Positions 37,801 to 51,600 of a stretch of 61,165 bases of DNA are shown one piece after another. The translations under genes were made by a program, and so were the position numbers. Source of the stretch: Octopus bimaculoides (lineage: Eukaryota); NCBI RefSeq assembly GCF_001194135.2, contig NC_068986.1, positions 55,848,319 to 55,909,483 on the forward strand. Direction: 5' to 3'. The notes below the pieces were generated by a model. That model did no database searches and was not told the origin of the DNA. It saw only the letters and a list, made by a program, of their open reading frames with translations. Every line of letters starts with the position of its first letter. The stretch's first letter is position 1.

Positions 37801-39573
37801 CTGAAACTAGTCAGATCTAACCTCTCACATCTACCTTACAAAGTCATTCTAAAACTAAGCAACCGCATCATCAAAATCTTGAAGCTATGAGATAATGCAT
37901 GATTAATTCAAAACAAAGAGAGTGAATAAGTATTACATCTGAGAGAATACTCTGAATGCTAAAGGATTAAAATAAGTTTTGATTTAAAGGAATTCGTCTT
38001 CAATTTCTTTCAATTTCAGGTGAGCTCCTGATGTGAGAGATAAACTCTTGGTAAGCTAGCCATGTTCATGACACTAGGAATAGTCACCTACAAACTTCTC
38101 ACAACCCTCAATAAATGATTCTGGGGGAGAGTGGGGATACAGAGAGAGACAGTGTGCATAAGTATGTGAGATAAAATTGACCGTGTACTTGACTGGTATC
38201 TTGGGAGAATGAGAGGCAAAGTTGATATCATCAAGATTTGAACTCAGAAGACAAAGAAACAAAACAATGATTTGGCCAACTGATCACCCAGCAGAAGAAT
38301 GTATTTAAGGTATGCTATATCATACATACTCACAAAACTGTAAGATTTTGTCCAGTCATGAGCAAACTGTGGCCTGCAAGCTGCTGGACTTTCAGAATGG
38401 CATGCTAACGAAAAATTACTTAGAATTATTTTAGTGGTGTGTCCCAGATGATGATGAATGAAGCCTCATGAAACCTGCTTGTAGAAAAAGATTGTTAATG
38501 CATCATCATCATCATCATCATCATCATCAACATTCAACATTTATTTTCCTTGGTGGTATGGGTTGGATAACTTGAGAGGAACTAATGAGGGTAGGGGCCA
38601 CACCAGGTTCCATAGTCTGTTTTGGCTTTGTTCCTACAGTTGGATGCCCTTCCTAATACCAACCATTTTACAGAGTATACTGGGTGCTTTTTACATTGCA
38701 CTAGCATCCACACCAGTGCTTTTTATGTGGAGCCTATGTTTTTGGATCTCAATTCTGTTGTGGTGGGCAAGTCTTCCCAAGTACAGCAATGCACCACATA
38801 TCTTGGTCTAATATCATCTCCTTTGTAAATCTCAGCGTCTTGACATTGATCTTCAATGCTTTGGTCCATGTCTTCCTGGGTCTGTCCTCATCCATCCACA
38901 TAACTATTTTTTGTTTTCAGTGTGCTTGTAAAAGTTTTATATATATAAAATTTATATAAATGCACATATGTGCATATACAATATACAAACCTTCATATAT
39001 GCATATATATTTTATATACACATACACACATATATATATACATATATGGGTATATGTAGATGAACACACCTGGAAAATACTTTCCAGATATGTTGATTGA
39101 ATGCTTTTTCATACCTCAAATGTATTGCTTTGTTCGTTTTATGTACCTTATTTGTTTCTGGTGACTAGATTAAGAGAACATAGTTTCAGAATCTAATCAG
39201 TGGTTCTCATTATGTTTGTTTTCGCTGTATTATGAAGAAAAGTTGAAACCATGTGATGGCTGCATCAAGAGAGAGAGAGAGGGGGTACGGAAGGAGAAGG
39301 AGAGAGAGAGAGAGAGAGAGAATAGCACTGAGGCTGCATTACAGAAAGTAGTCTCCCTTGTTTAGTATGCTTACTATTAGATGTACGAAGTATAAATGTC
39401 TTGGTAAAAACTGGTTATTGACATTTAAATAATTTGCTAAATGCTTTATACATTAAAAAATATGCTACTCATTGTTTCAAAGCAGTAAGATCTCTTGATG
39501 AATATTTACTTTATTAGTGACTACTGCTTCCAATGAGTATTTATTAAGATATAAGACATGTCCTTGATATAAA

Positions 39574-39604
<31 letters not shown>

Positions 39605-42600
39605 ATAATCATTATCATTTTATTTGTTTCAGTCATTTGACTGCGACCATGCTGGAGCACCACCTTAAAGGGTTTTAGTCAAACAAATCAACCCCAAACT
39701 TATTCTTTGTAAGCCTAGTACTTATTCTATCAATCTCTTTTCCCGAACCACTAAGTTACAGGAGCTGTAAATACACCAACATCAGTTGTCAAGCGATGAT
39801 GGTGGGGCAAACACAGACACAAAGTCACACAGTTTCTGTCTTGCAACTCCACTCACAAGGCCTGAAGTTATAGTAGAAGACACTTGCCCAAGGTGCCATG
39901 CATTGGGACTAAACCTGGAAGCATATGGTTGGGAAGTGAGCTTCTTACCACACAGCTATGCCTGTCTATGCTTGCCTGTATGCGTGGTTAAGTTGTTTTG
40001 TGTTCAATCTTACTGCATGGAACATTGGGTAAATATCTTCTGCTGTACACCCAGGTTGACCAAAGCCTTGTGAGTAGATTTGGTAGATGGAAACTGAGAG
40101 GAGCCCATCACATACATTATTATCATCAACGACATTTAATGTCCATTTTCCATGCTGGCATGGGTTGGATAACATGACGGGAACTGGCAAGGTCAGGAGC
40201 AACACCATGTTTCATAGTTTGTTTTGGTTTGGTTTCTACTGCTGGATGCCCTTCCTAATGTCAGCCTCTCCACATAGTGTAATGGCATCCACATCAATGC
40301 TTTTTACTTGGGACCTTGGTTTTAAGATCTTGATTCTGTTGTGGTGGGCAGGTCTTGTTGAGTGCAGCAATGCACCATACACACTTACACACACACATAT
40401 ATATATATATATACACATATATATATATATATACACATATATATATATATATATACACATATATATATATATATACACACATATATATATATATATATAC
40501 ACATATATATATATATATATACACATATATATATATATATATATACACATATATATATATATATACACATATATATATATATATATACACANNNNNNNNN
40601 NNNNNNNNNNNNNNNNNNNNNNNNNNNNNNNNNNNNNNNNNNNNNNNNNNNNNNNNNNNNNNNNNNNNNNNNNNNNNNNNNNNNNNNNNNNNNNNNNNNN
40701 NNNNNNNNNNNNNNNNNNNNNNNNNNNNNNNNNNNNNNNNNNNNNNNNNNNNNNNNNNNNNNNNNNNNNNNNNNNNNNNNNNNNNNNNNNNNNNNNNNNN
40801 NNNNNNNNNNNNNNNNNNNNNNNNNNNNNNNNNNNNNNNNNNNNNNNNNNNNNNNNNNNNNNNNNNNNNNNNNNNNNNNNNNNNNNNNNNNNNNNNNNNN
40901 NNNNNNNNNNNNNNNNNNNNNNNNNNNNNNNNNNNNNNNNNNNNNNNNNNNNNNNNNNNNNNNNNNNNNNNNNNNNNNNNNNNNNNNNNNNNNNNNNNNN
41001 NNNNNNNNNNNNNNNNNNNNNNNNNNNNNNNNNNNNNNNNNNNNNNNNNNNNNNNNNNNNNNNNNNNNNNNNNNNNNNNNNNNNNNNNNNNNNNNNNNNN
41101 NNNNNNNNNNNNNNNNNNNNNNNNNNNNNNNNNNNNNNNNNNNNNNNNNNNNNNNNNNNNNNNNNNNNNNNNNNNNNNNNNNNNNNNNNNNNNNNNNNNN
41201 NNNNNNNNNNNNNNNNNNNNNNNNNNNNNNNNNNNNNNNNNNNNNNNNNNNNNNNNNNNNNNNNNNNNNNNNNNNNNNNNNNNNNNNNNNNNCATTGTCA
41301 TTTGATGTCCACCTTGCCATGCTCATATGGGTCAGATGGAATTTATTGAAGCAGATTTTCTATGGCTGGATGCCCTTCCTGTTGCCAACCTTTATTTGTG
41401 TCCAAGTAAGGTATTAGTGACATATCTATGGCCACATAAACAAAATGTTCAGTAGATCAGTGGATCAACATGGCAAAGATGTAGAGTAAAATACCTTACT
41501 TGAAAATAAGTAAGCATTTGGTGTCATGAAGGTCTTCTGACTATAGAATACTGCTTTACATGTCTTGTCTAAGCAACAAAAGAATGAAAACAAATGAATA
41601 TAGAAAGGATGATAATAATCATGATGATAGTGAAGATGGATGTGATGATGAGGACAATGATAGTGATGGTGATGATGATGCATGTTTATGTCAAAGCTTT
41701 ATTGTACACTTCATTCAGAATGACTATAGTAAAATTAAATCAACACTGTTCTTAAAATTCCCAGAAAGAGGACCCCGTAAGAATTAAGGTGCTTGTTTGA
41801 TTTCTCTGCTGGAGAAGGGTGATGAGTGTTTTGTCGATTACAATAATTTAGGACATTGAATGAATTAGGGAACCCTGAAGACGTCACTGGTCTATTAGAA
41901 ATTTGAAAAAGAAGCCAAATCTTCCTCATTTTGGCGAAAAAAAGATATTTATTGAATAATGTAGTTTTTTTGTATAGTGTCATGAGAAAAGCACCCAGTA
42001 CACTCTGTAAAGTGGTTGGCATAAGGAAGTGCATCCAGTTATAAAAATGATGCCAAAGTTCAGACACTGGAACTTCACGCAGCCTCTTGGCTTATCAGTT
42101 CCTGTTGAGCCATCAAAACCATGCTGGTAGGGTAAAAGGGATGCTAAATGGTTATGATGATGATCTGAAAAGATGTGTTCTTGGTTGGATTGCTTTTGAT
42201 CATAGGTCTACTCAATTTAGGGTTGATTTGATGCTAAAGAATAATAATAATATTTCAAGAGATGGAATTAAAGAACGGTGGTCAGCCTATATTGTATTCC
42301 ACCTATTTTCCATGCTGTCTAAGACAATATAGTATACGTCACATCAACAATGCTCTCAGAACTCATACAAGATTGAGAATAAATGAAAGAGGAGGACATT
42401 GACACCACAGACATGACCTTAGTGGTGTCCAGATCACATTTATATATAAAAAAAAAAAAACAGGAAACAGAAAACTATGAAGTAGCAGCAGTAAGAGTAG
42501 AACAAAAAGAATGAGAAAGTGGGTGTCTAAAAAGAGAGAGAGAGAGAGAGAAGGAGAAAGAGAGATCTAAGCAAGCAATTTTCATAAATCAAAGAAGTAG

Positions 42601-45600
42601 AAAGATCTGTGATTGGTTTACTTCATTACATTGGTCCGAAGAAACATCAATTCTTCATCTGATTCAAGGCTAACCAGAAGGGCTGAATGCTCTTTACACG
42701 AAAGCAATGCATCAATCCATTTTAATCCATGTAGGCCGGTGTAAAATTCCTGAAAATATAAGAAAATATTTAGACAAGTTTTACAACTATATAAAACAAG
42801 TAGGCCTAGCCATTTGGTAAAGCAGTTCACATTGCTACAATGTGGTTCTGGGTTTGATTCTACAAAGTGACAACTTGAACAAGTGTCTTCTACAGTAAAC
42901 GTGAATTGATAAATGCCTTGTGAGTGGAATTTGTTAGAGGGAAACTGTATAGAATCTCATCATATGTGTCTGTGTATCTATCTAACCATCTATCTATATG
43001 TATACGCATGTGTGTGTAGTGTGTGTGATCATTGTTGGCAATTGTGTGGCAATGGCGGTGCTATATTGTCTTTATTCTTATTGTCTCAAAGATCAACATC
43101 ATCCTCATCAACAACCATACGGTTGTTTTCCCATGAATCTGCAACACATTTGTGTGTTATAATTCTATGTCATCTCTCTAGTAAGACCCATCATTGTCCA
43201 GACTGCTTCATTTCACTTATTCTTTGGTTTGTCTCTACTTGAGGAGTCTTTCAAATTACCATCTTAAGGCAATTTTTTCTCCCACATTGAAATGATTAAC
43301 ACCCAAGAGCATTTCGAGCATTTCTACACACACACACACAATACATTCACAGACACATACATCATCCTCTTTTTAATGTTCACTTTTCAATGCTTGTATG
43401 GACCAGACAAAACTAACCTTTCTATAACTGGACGCCCCCCATCTCCCCTGCTAACCTTCAACTGTTTGTACAAATTTTCAATGTAAAATCTAATTTACCT
43501 TGTAGCAGGAATTACGGAAAAATTTCCAATCTTCTGGGCATGAAAAAGTAACGTTTGTTTCAACAGTTGGTATTGCAGGTGTGGTTGCTATTGTTGTTGC
43601 TGAATGACCTGAGCTTGTAACTGGTGGAGATAAGGTTGTATTTTTTGTTGCATCTAAGCTTCTGGTACAAATGAAATAGGCATCATGTAGGCAGGAAATT
43701 CTTATCCACTTTTTCATTGAACCACTTTCAATAGCAAGGCACATTGAATTAGTTAAATCATCTGCAGGAATTGGAAAGAGAAAAATGGATGAAAGAAATC
43801 CAGCAAAAGGAAATGTTTCATTATATTTAATGATTACAATTTGTTAATAGCGTCTTATATTGCATTCTTAAATATAAGTTATTTGTTTGCAACAAACATT
43901 CTTTCACATCCCTGACCATACAATGTTCTACATCTGTCATTAAATTTCTTAACCACAAACTGTAACTGTATGCTTGTTTCAGGTCACAATTTTGTATACG
44001 TCACATTTCAGTTGACAATATAGTATACGTCACATTTCAGGTGACAATATTGTATACGTCACATCAACAATGCTCTTAGAACTATCCTCTCAACCACACT
44101 TTGTCTTAATCCACCTGACCTTCCTCTATAAAACATTCATACATCAAGAAACATGCCTTAAAAATAAACTAAAATTAGTATCTTTTAAAAATCTTCATCT
44201 ACATTTTTATTTTAAAAAATGATCAAATACAATTAACTGATACATACAACATAAACACACACACACACACACACACACATACACACACACACAAAGTGGA
44301 GGTAAACTACCAGGAATTACCAATAACATCTCAATGACATTTACAAAATATATCAAAGACTTAGTAATGAAAGCAAAACAACGTACAAAGCAAGAGAACT
44401 TATAGGACTGACATGGGTCTAAACAACAACATAACTACACAAAATGAAAAAACTATGTGGCTGTGCAAAAGGTATAGTTTATTTTCACAAGTTCTAACCC
44501 TCTCACTTTCCTACACTCAATAAGATGAATTATAGCTCTTTAGTTTGCATTGTGTGTTCCTCAACAAGCTACAGAACAACTTGTTGTTGGCACTCTGTCG
44601 CTTACAACGTCGAGGGTTCCAGTTGAGCCGATCAACGGAAGAGCCTGCTCGTGAAATTAACGTGCAAGTGGCTGAGCACACCACAGACATGTGTACCCTT
44701 AACGTAGTTCTCGGGGATATTCAGCATGACACAGTGTGACAAGGCTGACCCTTTGAATTACAGGCACAACAGAAACAGGAAGTAAGAGTGAGAGAAAGTT
44801 GTGGTGAAAGAGTACAACAGGGTTCGCCACTATCCCCTGCTGAGCCTCATGGAGCTTTAGGTGTTTTCGCTCAATAAACACTCACAAGGCCCGGTCTGGG
44901 AATAGAAACCGCGATCCTATGACCGCATGTCCACTGCCCTAACCACTGGGCCATTGCGCCTCCACACACAGAACAGCACACCTGGAGCAAAAGGTCAGTG
45001 AGTTACATCTGGTTGTTGGGCAAACTAACAACATGCCATAAGTTCTGCATCTTTTTCTTTTACCTCTGCTATTAAACCATTCACAATGAGGATGCTTCAT
45101 AGGAAAATTAAATTGACATTAGTGTTTGACTGGTACTTTATTTGAACATCCCTGAAAGGCAGAGTTGACCAAAAAAGTATTTGAACTCAGAATGTAAAAG
45201 ACCATACCAAAATGCCATAAATATTTTCCCTACTATGAAATGTGTGTCTCAGAAATGACATACATAACAACAAAAATGAAATATATGTCCCAGCAAGAAA
45301 ATGTATGACTCACAATTTAAAAAGAGGAACTAATGGTAAAATCTATGTTGTGATTCTGAAATGTGTATCCTATAAATATGAAATATACGTTCATCAACGA
45401 AACATGCACTTCAATAATTAAATGTGATTTCCAACAATGCCTCAGCAATGAAATGTTTGTCTGAACAATAAAATGAGCATCTGAACTACAGAAAGTGCTG
45501 CAACAGTGAAACACATGCCACTGTAGTCAAATACATGTGTTGTTACCATGAAATATGTGTTCCAATAAAGTAGTACATGCCCTACATCTACATTTGTGCC

Positions 45601-48600
45601 CAACAAGGAAATATGTATTACATTTAAGTTATAGGTAATAAGCTTGCTTCCCCACCATATAATTCCAGGTTCAGTCACAATGCATGGCACTTTGGGCAAG
45701 TGTTTTCTTCTATAACCTTGGGCTGACCAAAGCTTTGTGAGTGGATTTGATAGACAGAAACTGAATGAAGCCTGTCTTTTATGTTTGTGTGTGTGTGTCT
45801 TTGTGTCTGTTCCTCCCACCGCCACCACTGCTTGACAACCAGTGTTGGTGTGTTTACATCCCCACTAACTTAGAAGTTCAACAAAAGAGACTAATAGAAT
45901 GAGTATCAGGTTTAAAAAAATAAGTAGTGCAGTAGATTCATTCTACTAAAAAAATCATTCTTGAAGGAAGTACCCCAGCATGGCTGCAGTCTAATGACTG
46001 AAACAAGGGAAAGATAAAAAATGTGCACAAACAAAGGAACAAATCAACTTCCATCTATCTGACCAAAAAAAAAAAAAAAAAGAAAAAGGGCAACTGGACT
46101 GTTGGACTGTAAATAACAAGAAAGTAGAGCAGTAATAACTACTTACCTTTTTCGTTATCCTTCCAGTTCTGAAATGGTCCTTTACTAGATTCTGGGGATA
46201 TCCAGTAAGGTGGACCATGAGACAGAATTCCTTGATTAGCACTCTGCTGCTTTTTACTGAAATGAGGAGAGTATATAACTGATTATAATTTCTTTCTTTG
46301 ATAAGCGTATATGTTGATTGGGGATGAGGCTAATTTCTGAGAGGACAGATGTACAGAAGACAAGCTTGGTCCTATCTTATTGGATTTCTATATACTGGCT
46401 CTCAGAAAGAATGAGATTCCTATTAGATTTGAAATCACAGAATAGATAATTGAAACTAAATACTGCAAAGTATTTAGTCTACACAGATATTTCAAAAGTA
46501 AATAGACATATCTCTTTATACCACTTTATCAGTGCAGACACTATTTAGTGCTTTACGCTTGATAATGCATTGTGTACAGGGCATGTTTACTAGATTAAGT
46601 ATTCAAATGCATCAAATGACATTATCTTGTTTCTGAGAATAAATCTTCCAAAAATGATGGCGTCTATTTATTTCTGGGATGTCTGTGTATATGGTTTCTA
46701 CCATGAACATGAGAGGATTTCTTTTGATTAGACATAATTCTAATTTTTTATAAAAGGAAATAGTTCACTGTATTATTCATAGTATTATATTAGTGTTTTA
46801 TTAACATGGAGTAAATGAAAGCTAAAGTCAAGCCCAGTAAGATTTGAAGATATTGTTGTTGATTTTTGAGCCCCGAGTCAATCCAGATCAATCAAACCTA
46901 TGATCAAAGACATTCCAGCCATAGACATTCCATTGAATATTCAAGGGCTACATTCATCCACTATAAACTCCCACTTTTTCTTATCTGAAAATGATAAGCT
47001 GTAATTTAAGGAAGATTTGATTACTTGATCAAGCCGTTCAGTGATTAAAAGATGTTTTAGCATAAGGTAGGGGGATACTGGGATGGATAGGGGTGGAGGG
47101 CAAAAAGGAAGTTCAATGAAATTCAGAATTACAATAAACTAGTTGCTGATCATATACTCTTGTAAACCTTGGATTTGAACATAAAGCAATATTTCCAGTT
47201 AGACTAAGTAAGCTTACACATGTATAATGACTTAAACGATAGATTTTATCTGTAGGCCAATCTAACACCACTATCATGCACTGGGTATTTCTAGAGGAGT
47301 CCACACTATAACTAGTTTACAAACCAGGTTTCTGCTTTGAAACCTTAAAATGTGATACATTCGTTTTTACTCTTGGCACAAGGGCCGAAATTTTTGGGAG
47401 GGGGCCAGTTGATTAGATCAATCACAGTACACAACTGGTACTTAATTTATCGACCCTGAAAGTCGACCTCGGCGGAATTTGAACTCAGACCGTAAAGACA
47501 GACAAAATACCGCTAAGCATTTTGCCTGGCGTGCTAACGTTTCTTATTTCTTTATTGCCCACAAGGGGCTAAACATGGAGGGAACAAACAAAGACAGACA
47601 CAGGTATTAAGTCGATTACATCGACCCCAGTGCTGAACTGGAACTTAATTTATCAACCCCAAAAGGATGAAAGGCAAAGTTGATCTCGGCGGAATTTGAA
47701 CTCAGAACGTAACGGCAGACGAAATACCGCTAAGCATTACGACCAGTATGCTAACGTTTCTGCCAGCTCGCTGCCTTTGAAATGTGCTACATTGCTGCAC
47801 TGCTTCTTACTATAGCAACAGAAGAAAGACAGCTTCTTTCTCTTTCAACTTACCATTCATGAAGATTGCTTTCCTTGTCCCTCAGACTCACCCACACTAC
47901 CATTGAAAACTAGTATACATAAATTAGAAATAAAAACATAAGGTTTTTTTCACTTACTAATTGTCAATGGTGGCTAAATCTCCATTAAATTTACTCCGAC
48001 AGTAGGTCCATGCATCGTGCCAGTTCTTCAGAATCATGACGTGCAAGAAGCATAGGGAATCTGATTGGATGTTGCTCTGATAATAGGTGAATTTAAAGAA
48101 TTAACAGGTCTAAAAATGGGAGAAAAAAGGTATATGTGCATGCTGGATGCAATGATGAAAATTTCATCAAATAGTAAAAGACATGCAAAATAATATATAT
48201 ATATATATATATATACATACACAGACAAATACTCACCATATCTGTCTGTATGTCCATATGCATGCATGCATGTATGTATATCTGTATGTATGTGACCCTA
48301 CAGAGGGACGAGCAATTCAAGTTGAACGTAGAATGGTAGGTGAAGTATTCAAGACAAGGACATGAAAAGAGAGAAAGCTGTGATCTATCAAGGAAAGGTG
48401 CAGAGATGATCAAAATATCTGATGAGATAGGGTAAATGATTACCACTTGGATAATTAATTAAGTCATACAGTAAGGTGTCATACCCAATGAGTGTTGTAG
48501 CAAGGGGATGCCTTAGAAAGAAGCAACAGTAGAGAATTAAAACTAGTGGAACAGGTTATGAAGGTCATTGAGAGAGTCATGACATAATTGAGCTATGATT

Positions 48601-51600
48601 AATAAAGTAGAACTAGATGAGAGAGTTTGCCTTAATAACTAGAAAAGGTACTACAAACACAAGAGAAATACTTGGCAAAAAGTAAACTGCTGTTCCTGAC
48701 TTTTGTTGATTTGGAGAATGTGTTTCACAAGGTTCATGTTCAGTAATTTGGTGGTTACTGAGGAAACTAGGAATTGATGAAATGGCTTGTGAAAGTTCTA
48801 CAAGCTATATGCAAAGATGCAGTAAGTAAAGTGAAAGTCAGCAGTGATTTCAGTGAAGAAATTTAGAGTGAAGGTATGAATTCTTCAAGATTTAGTTCTC
48901 AGCTCTCTCCTATTCATTATAGTCCCACAGGCCATTAAAGAGAAGTTTAAGAATGGATGCTCATGTAAACCCATTTCTGTTAATGATCTAGTTCTCAAAG
49001 CTGAATCTATAAGGAAATTAGAGAGAAAATGTCAGGATTGGAAGTCAAACATAGAATTGAGGTCTTACGGTAAACTTAGCAAAGACAAAGGTTTTAGTAA
49101 ATACGCCTGAGGACAAGAACCTGGTATCTTCAGGGAAATGGCCTTGCTCGAAATGCAGCAAAGGGGTAGGTATATACTCCATATGTGGATCATGGAGAAG
49201 AGATGTAATGGAATGACAGGCTAACCATCAGAGAACAGTAGCTTCACATGTGGTAGATACACTAGTGCAGTACATACTATGAGTACCCTGAAAACAGATT
49301 CTCTTTAATGCCTGGGTGGCTTACTAGAAGTAGCTGACAGCTTTTATTACCTAGGAAATGTAATTACCAAGGGAAGTAGTTACTCTGAAATTATAGCAAT
49401 CAGATTAAGAATAGGCTGGGGAAAGTTTAGTCAACTTCTGCTGCTGCAGGCAAAAATGTTTTTTCCCTTCAGAGTGACAGGTAGATCATATGAGGCTTGT
49501 GTTAGGACTGTGATACTGCATGGTGGTGGGGCATGGGTCTTGAATGCAAAGGGCTTGAGAAAACTGGAAAGAAATGAAGTATGCTCTGTTGGATGTGCAG
49601 TGTAAGATAATACAAATACACTGAGAAAGAAAAAAAAAACTGGGCATAAAAAGAATTAGATCAAGTGTGCAAGAGAGAAGATGGTGCTGGTATGAGCATG
49701 TAATGCATATTGAAACTCTGCACCCTTTGTATACAATATATTGTTAGCAGGGAAAGCGAACCCCTACCAATAACCGACAACGAGCTGGCAGAGAATCTGC
49801 CTGGGGTTAAACTAGTAGTAACATTCAACAGCCACTTTGATGTGACCACTGGCTTTACTGTTTCGTATAGTTAGTACTCTGGTCTTTTCATGAGATTTTA
49901 CAACTAACTATTTTGCTTGTTGCAAATCAGTGACTGATGGTCACTATGTTAATGTTAGTAGACTCTGGCTATCACTCTGGTGTACAGATGCTTGTGGCTG
50001 AGGATCAGTCAAATAGCTTGAAACTGAGTCAGTTTTGCGATCCTGCTACCTGCTAAAGGGTGCAGAGTCACACCAATAACCAGCTGGCGGAGACACAGCC
50101 AGGGGTTAAACTAGTAGTAACATTCAACAGCCACTTTGATGTAGCAACTGGCATTATTGTTTAGTATAGTTACTTCTCTGGTCTCTTCATAAGATTTTAC
50201 AACTAACTATTTTGCTTGTGTGTGTATGTGTGTGTGTGTTAAGATTTTGCTAGGAAAAGTGATACCAATAACCTTGTGCTAGAACTCAATAAACATATGC
50301 TTCATAATAAAGAGTTAGGTGGTCACAGAATGTTAAATGAAATTAAAGAAATGACAAGAGAGCAGGAATTACATAATCAGCTTCATTAGCTAATGGCTGT
50401 TTCTTCTATAAGATGTAGTGCACTCAGAGCTGAGTGCTAGTACTTTACCATAAAGCTTCCTTGGAGCTTCTAATATATGTGTGTGTCTGTATAACTAGCA
50501 TCGTCAGTTTATTATGACGAAGGTTCCAGTTGTCCTGTTGATCTGATCAATGGAACAATCTGCTCATTAAATTAATGTGCAAGTGGCTGAACGCTCCACA
50601 GACATACATAGCCACAATGTAATTCTCAGGGTGGTTCAGCATGACACAGAATGTGACAATGCTGGTGCTTTGAAATACAGGTACTACTCAAATTTGCCAT
50701 CTGAGTGAACTGGAGCAATGTGAAATAAAGTGTCTTGCTCAAAGACACAATGCATCACCAGGAATTGAACTCACAACCTTATGACCATGAGCCAAATATG
50801 CTAATCACTAAGCCATGTACCTAACACTATATGTACACACATGCCTTATATATATANNNNNNNNNNNNNNNNNNNNNNNNNNNNNNNNNNNNNNNNNNNN
50901 NNNNNNNNNNNNNNNNNNNNNNNNNNNNNNNNNNNNNNNNNNNNNNNNNNNNNNNNNNNNNNNNNNNNNNNNNNNNNNNNNNNNNNNNNNNNNNNNNNNN
51001 NNNNNNNNNNNNNNNNNNNNNNNNNNNNNNNNNNNNNNNNNNNNNNNNNNNATATATATATGGGAGAATTTACGAAAAGAACAACAGACGAAGACAGGTA
51101 GTGTAAACAACAAATGGATGTATTAGTTTAACGCTCGGGAATATATATAAAACACACAATCACCATCATTTAATGTCTGCTTTCTATGCTGGCATGGGAT
51201 GGAAGGCTTGACAGGGAATTGATGAGCTGGAGGGCTGTATCAAGCTCTAATGTCTTCTTTGGCATGGTTTCAACAGTTGGATGCCCTTCCTAATGCCAAC
51301 TATACATTGATTCTCACTTGATTTTATTTCAAATTACATATTAATATATATATTATTGCAGTTGTGGCATCAAAAGTGACAATAATTGTGTTTATTATAT
51401 AGAACAGTACATTTGTTCAAAATGATAAGTGAAACCATTGATAAATTCCTTACCTAAAGACTTTAATAGTAAAATATTGCAATGGAATCTTAGACAAAAG
51501 GCTGGCCCTAGGAATTTGTTAATATATTAAGTGCATGCTGCAGCATGAAAAATGATAGGCCACAACATTATATAAGCACACTGAGATTTATGTCTATGTG

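Noticed and set aside
40087-41417. Long ORFs of 313-420 aa
   Set aside because: Made of (TA)n(CA) microsatellite and N-gap translation.
43986-44083. Short tandem units that might be read as a CRISPR-like array
   Set aside because: Units are adjacent with no unique spacers, the context is a eukaryotic intron, and there are no cas genes.
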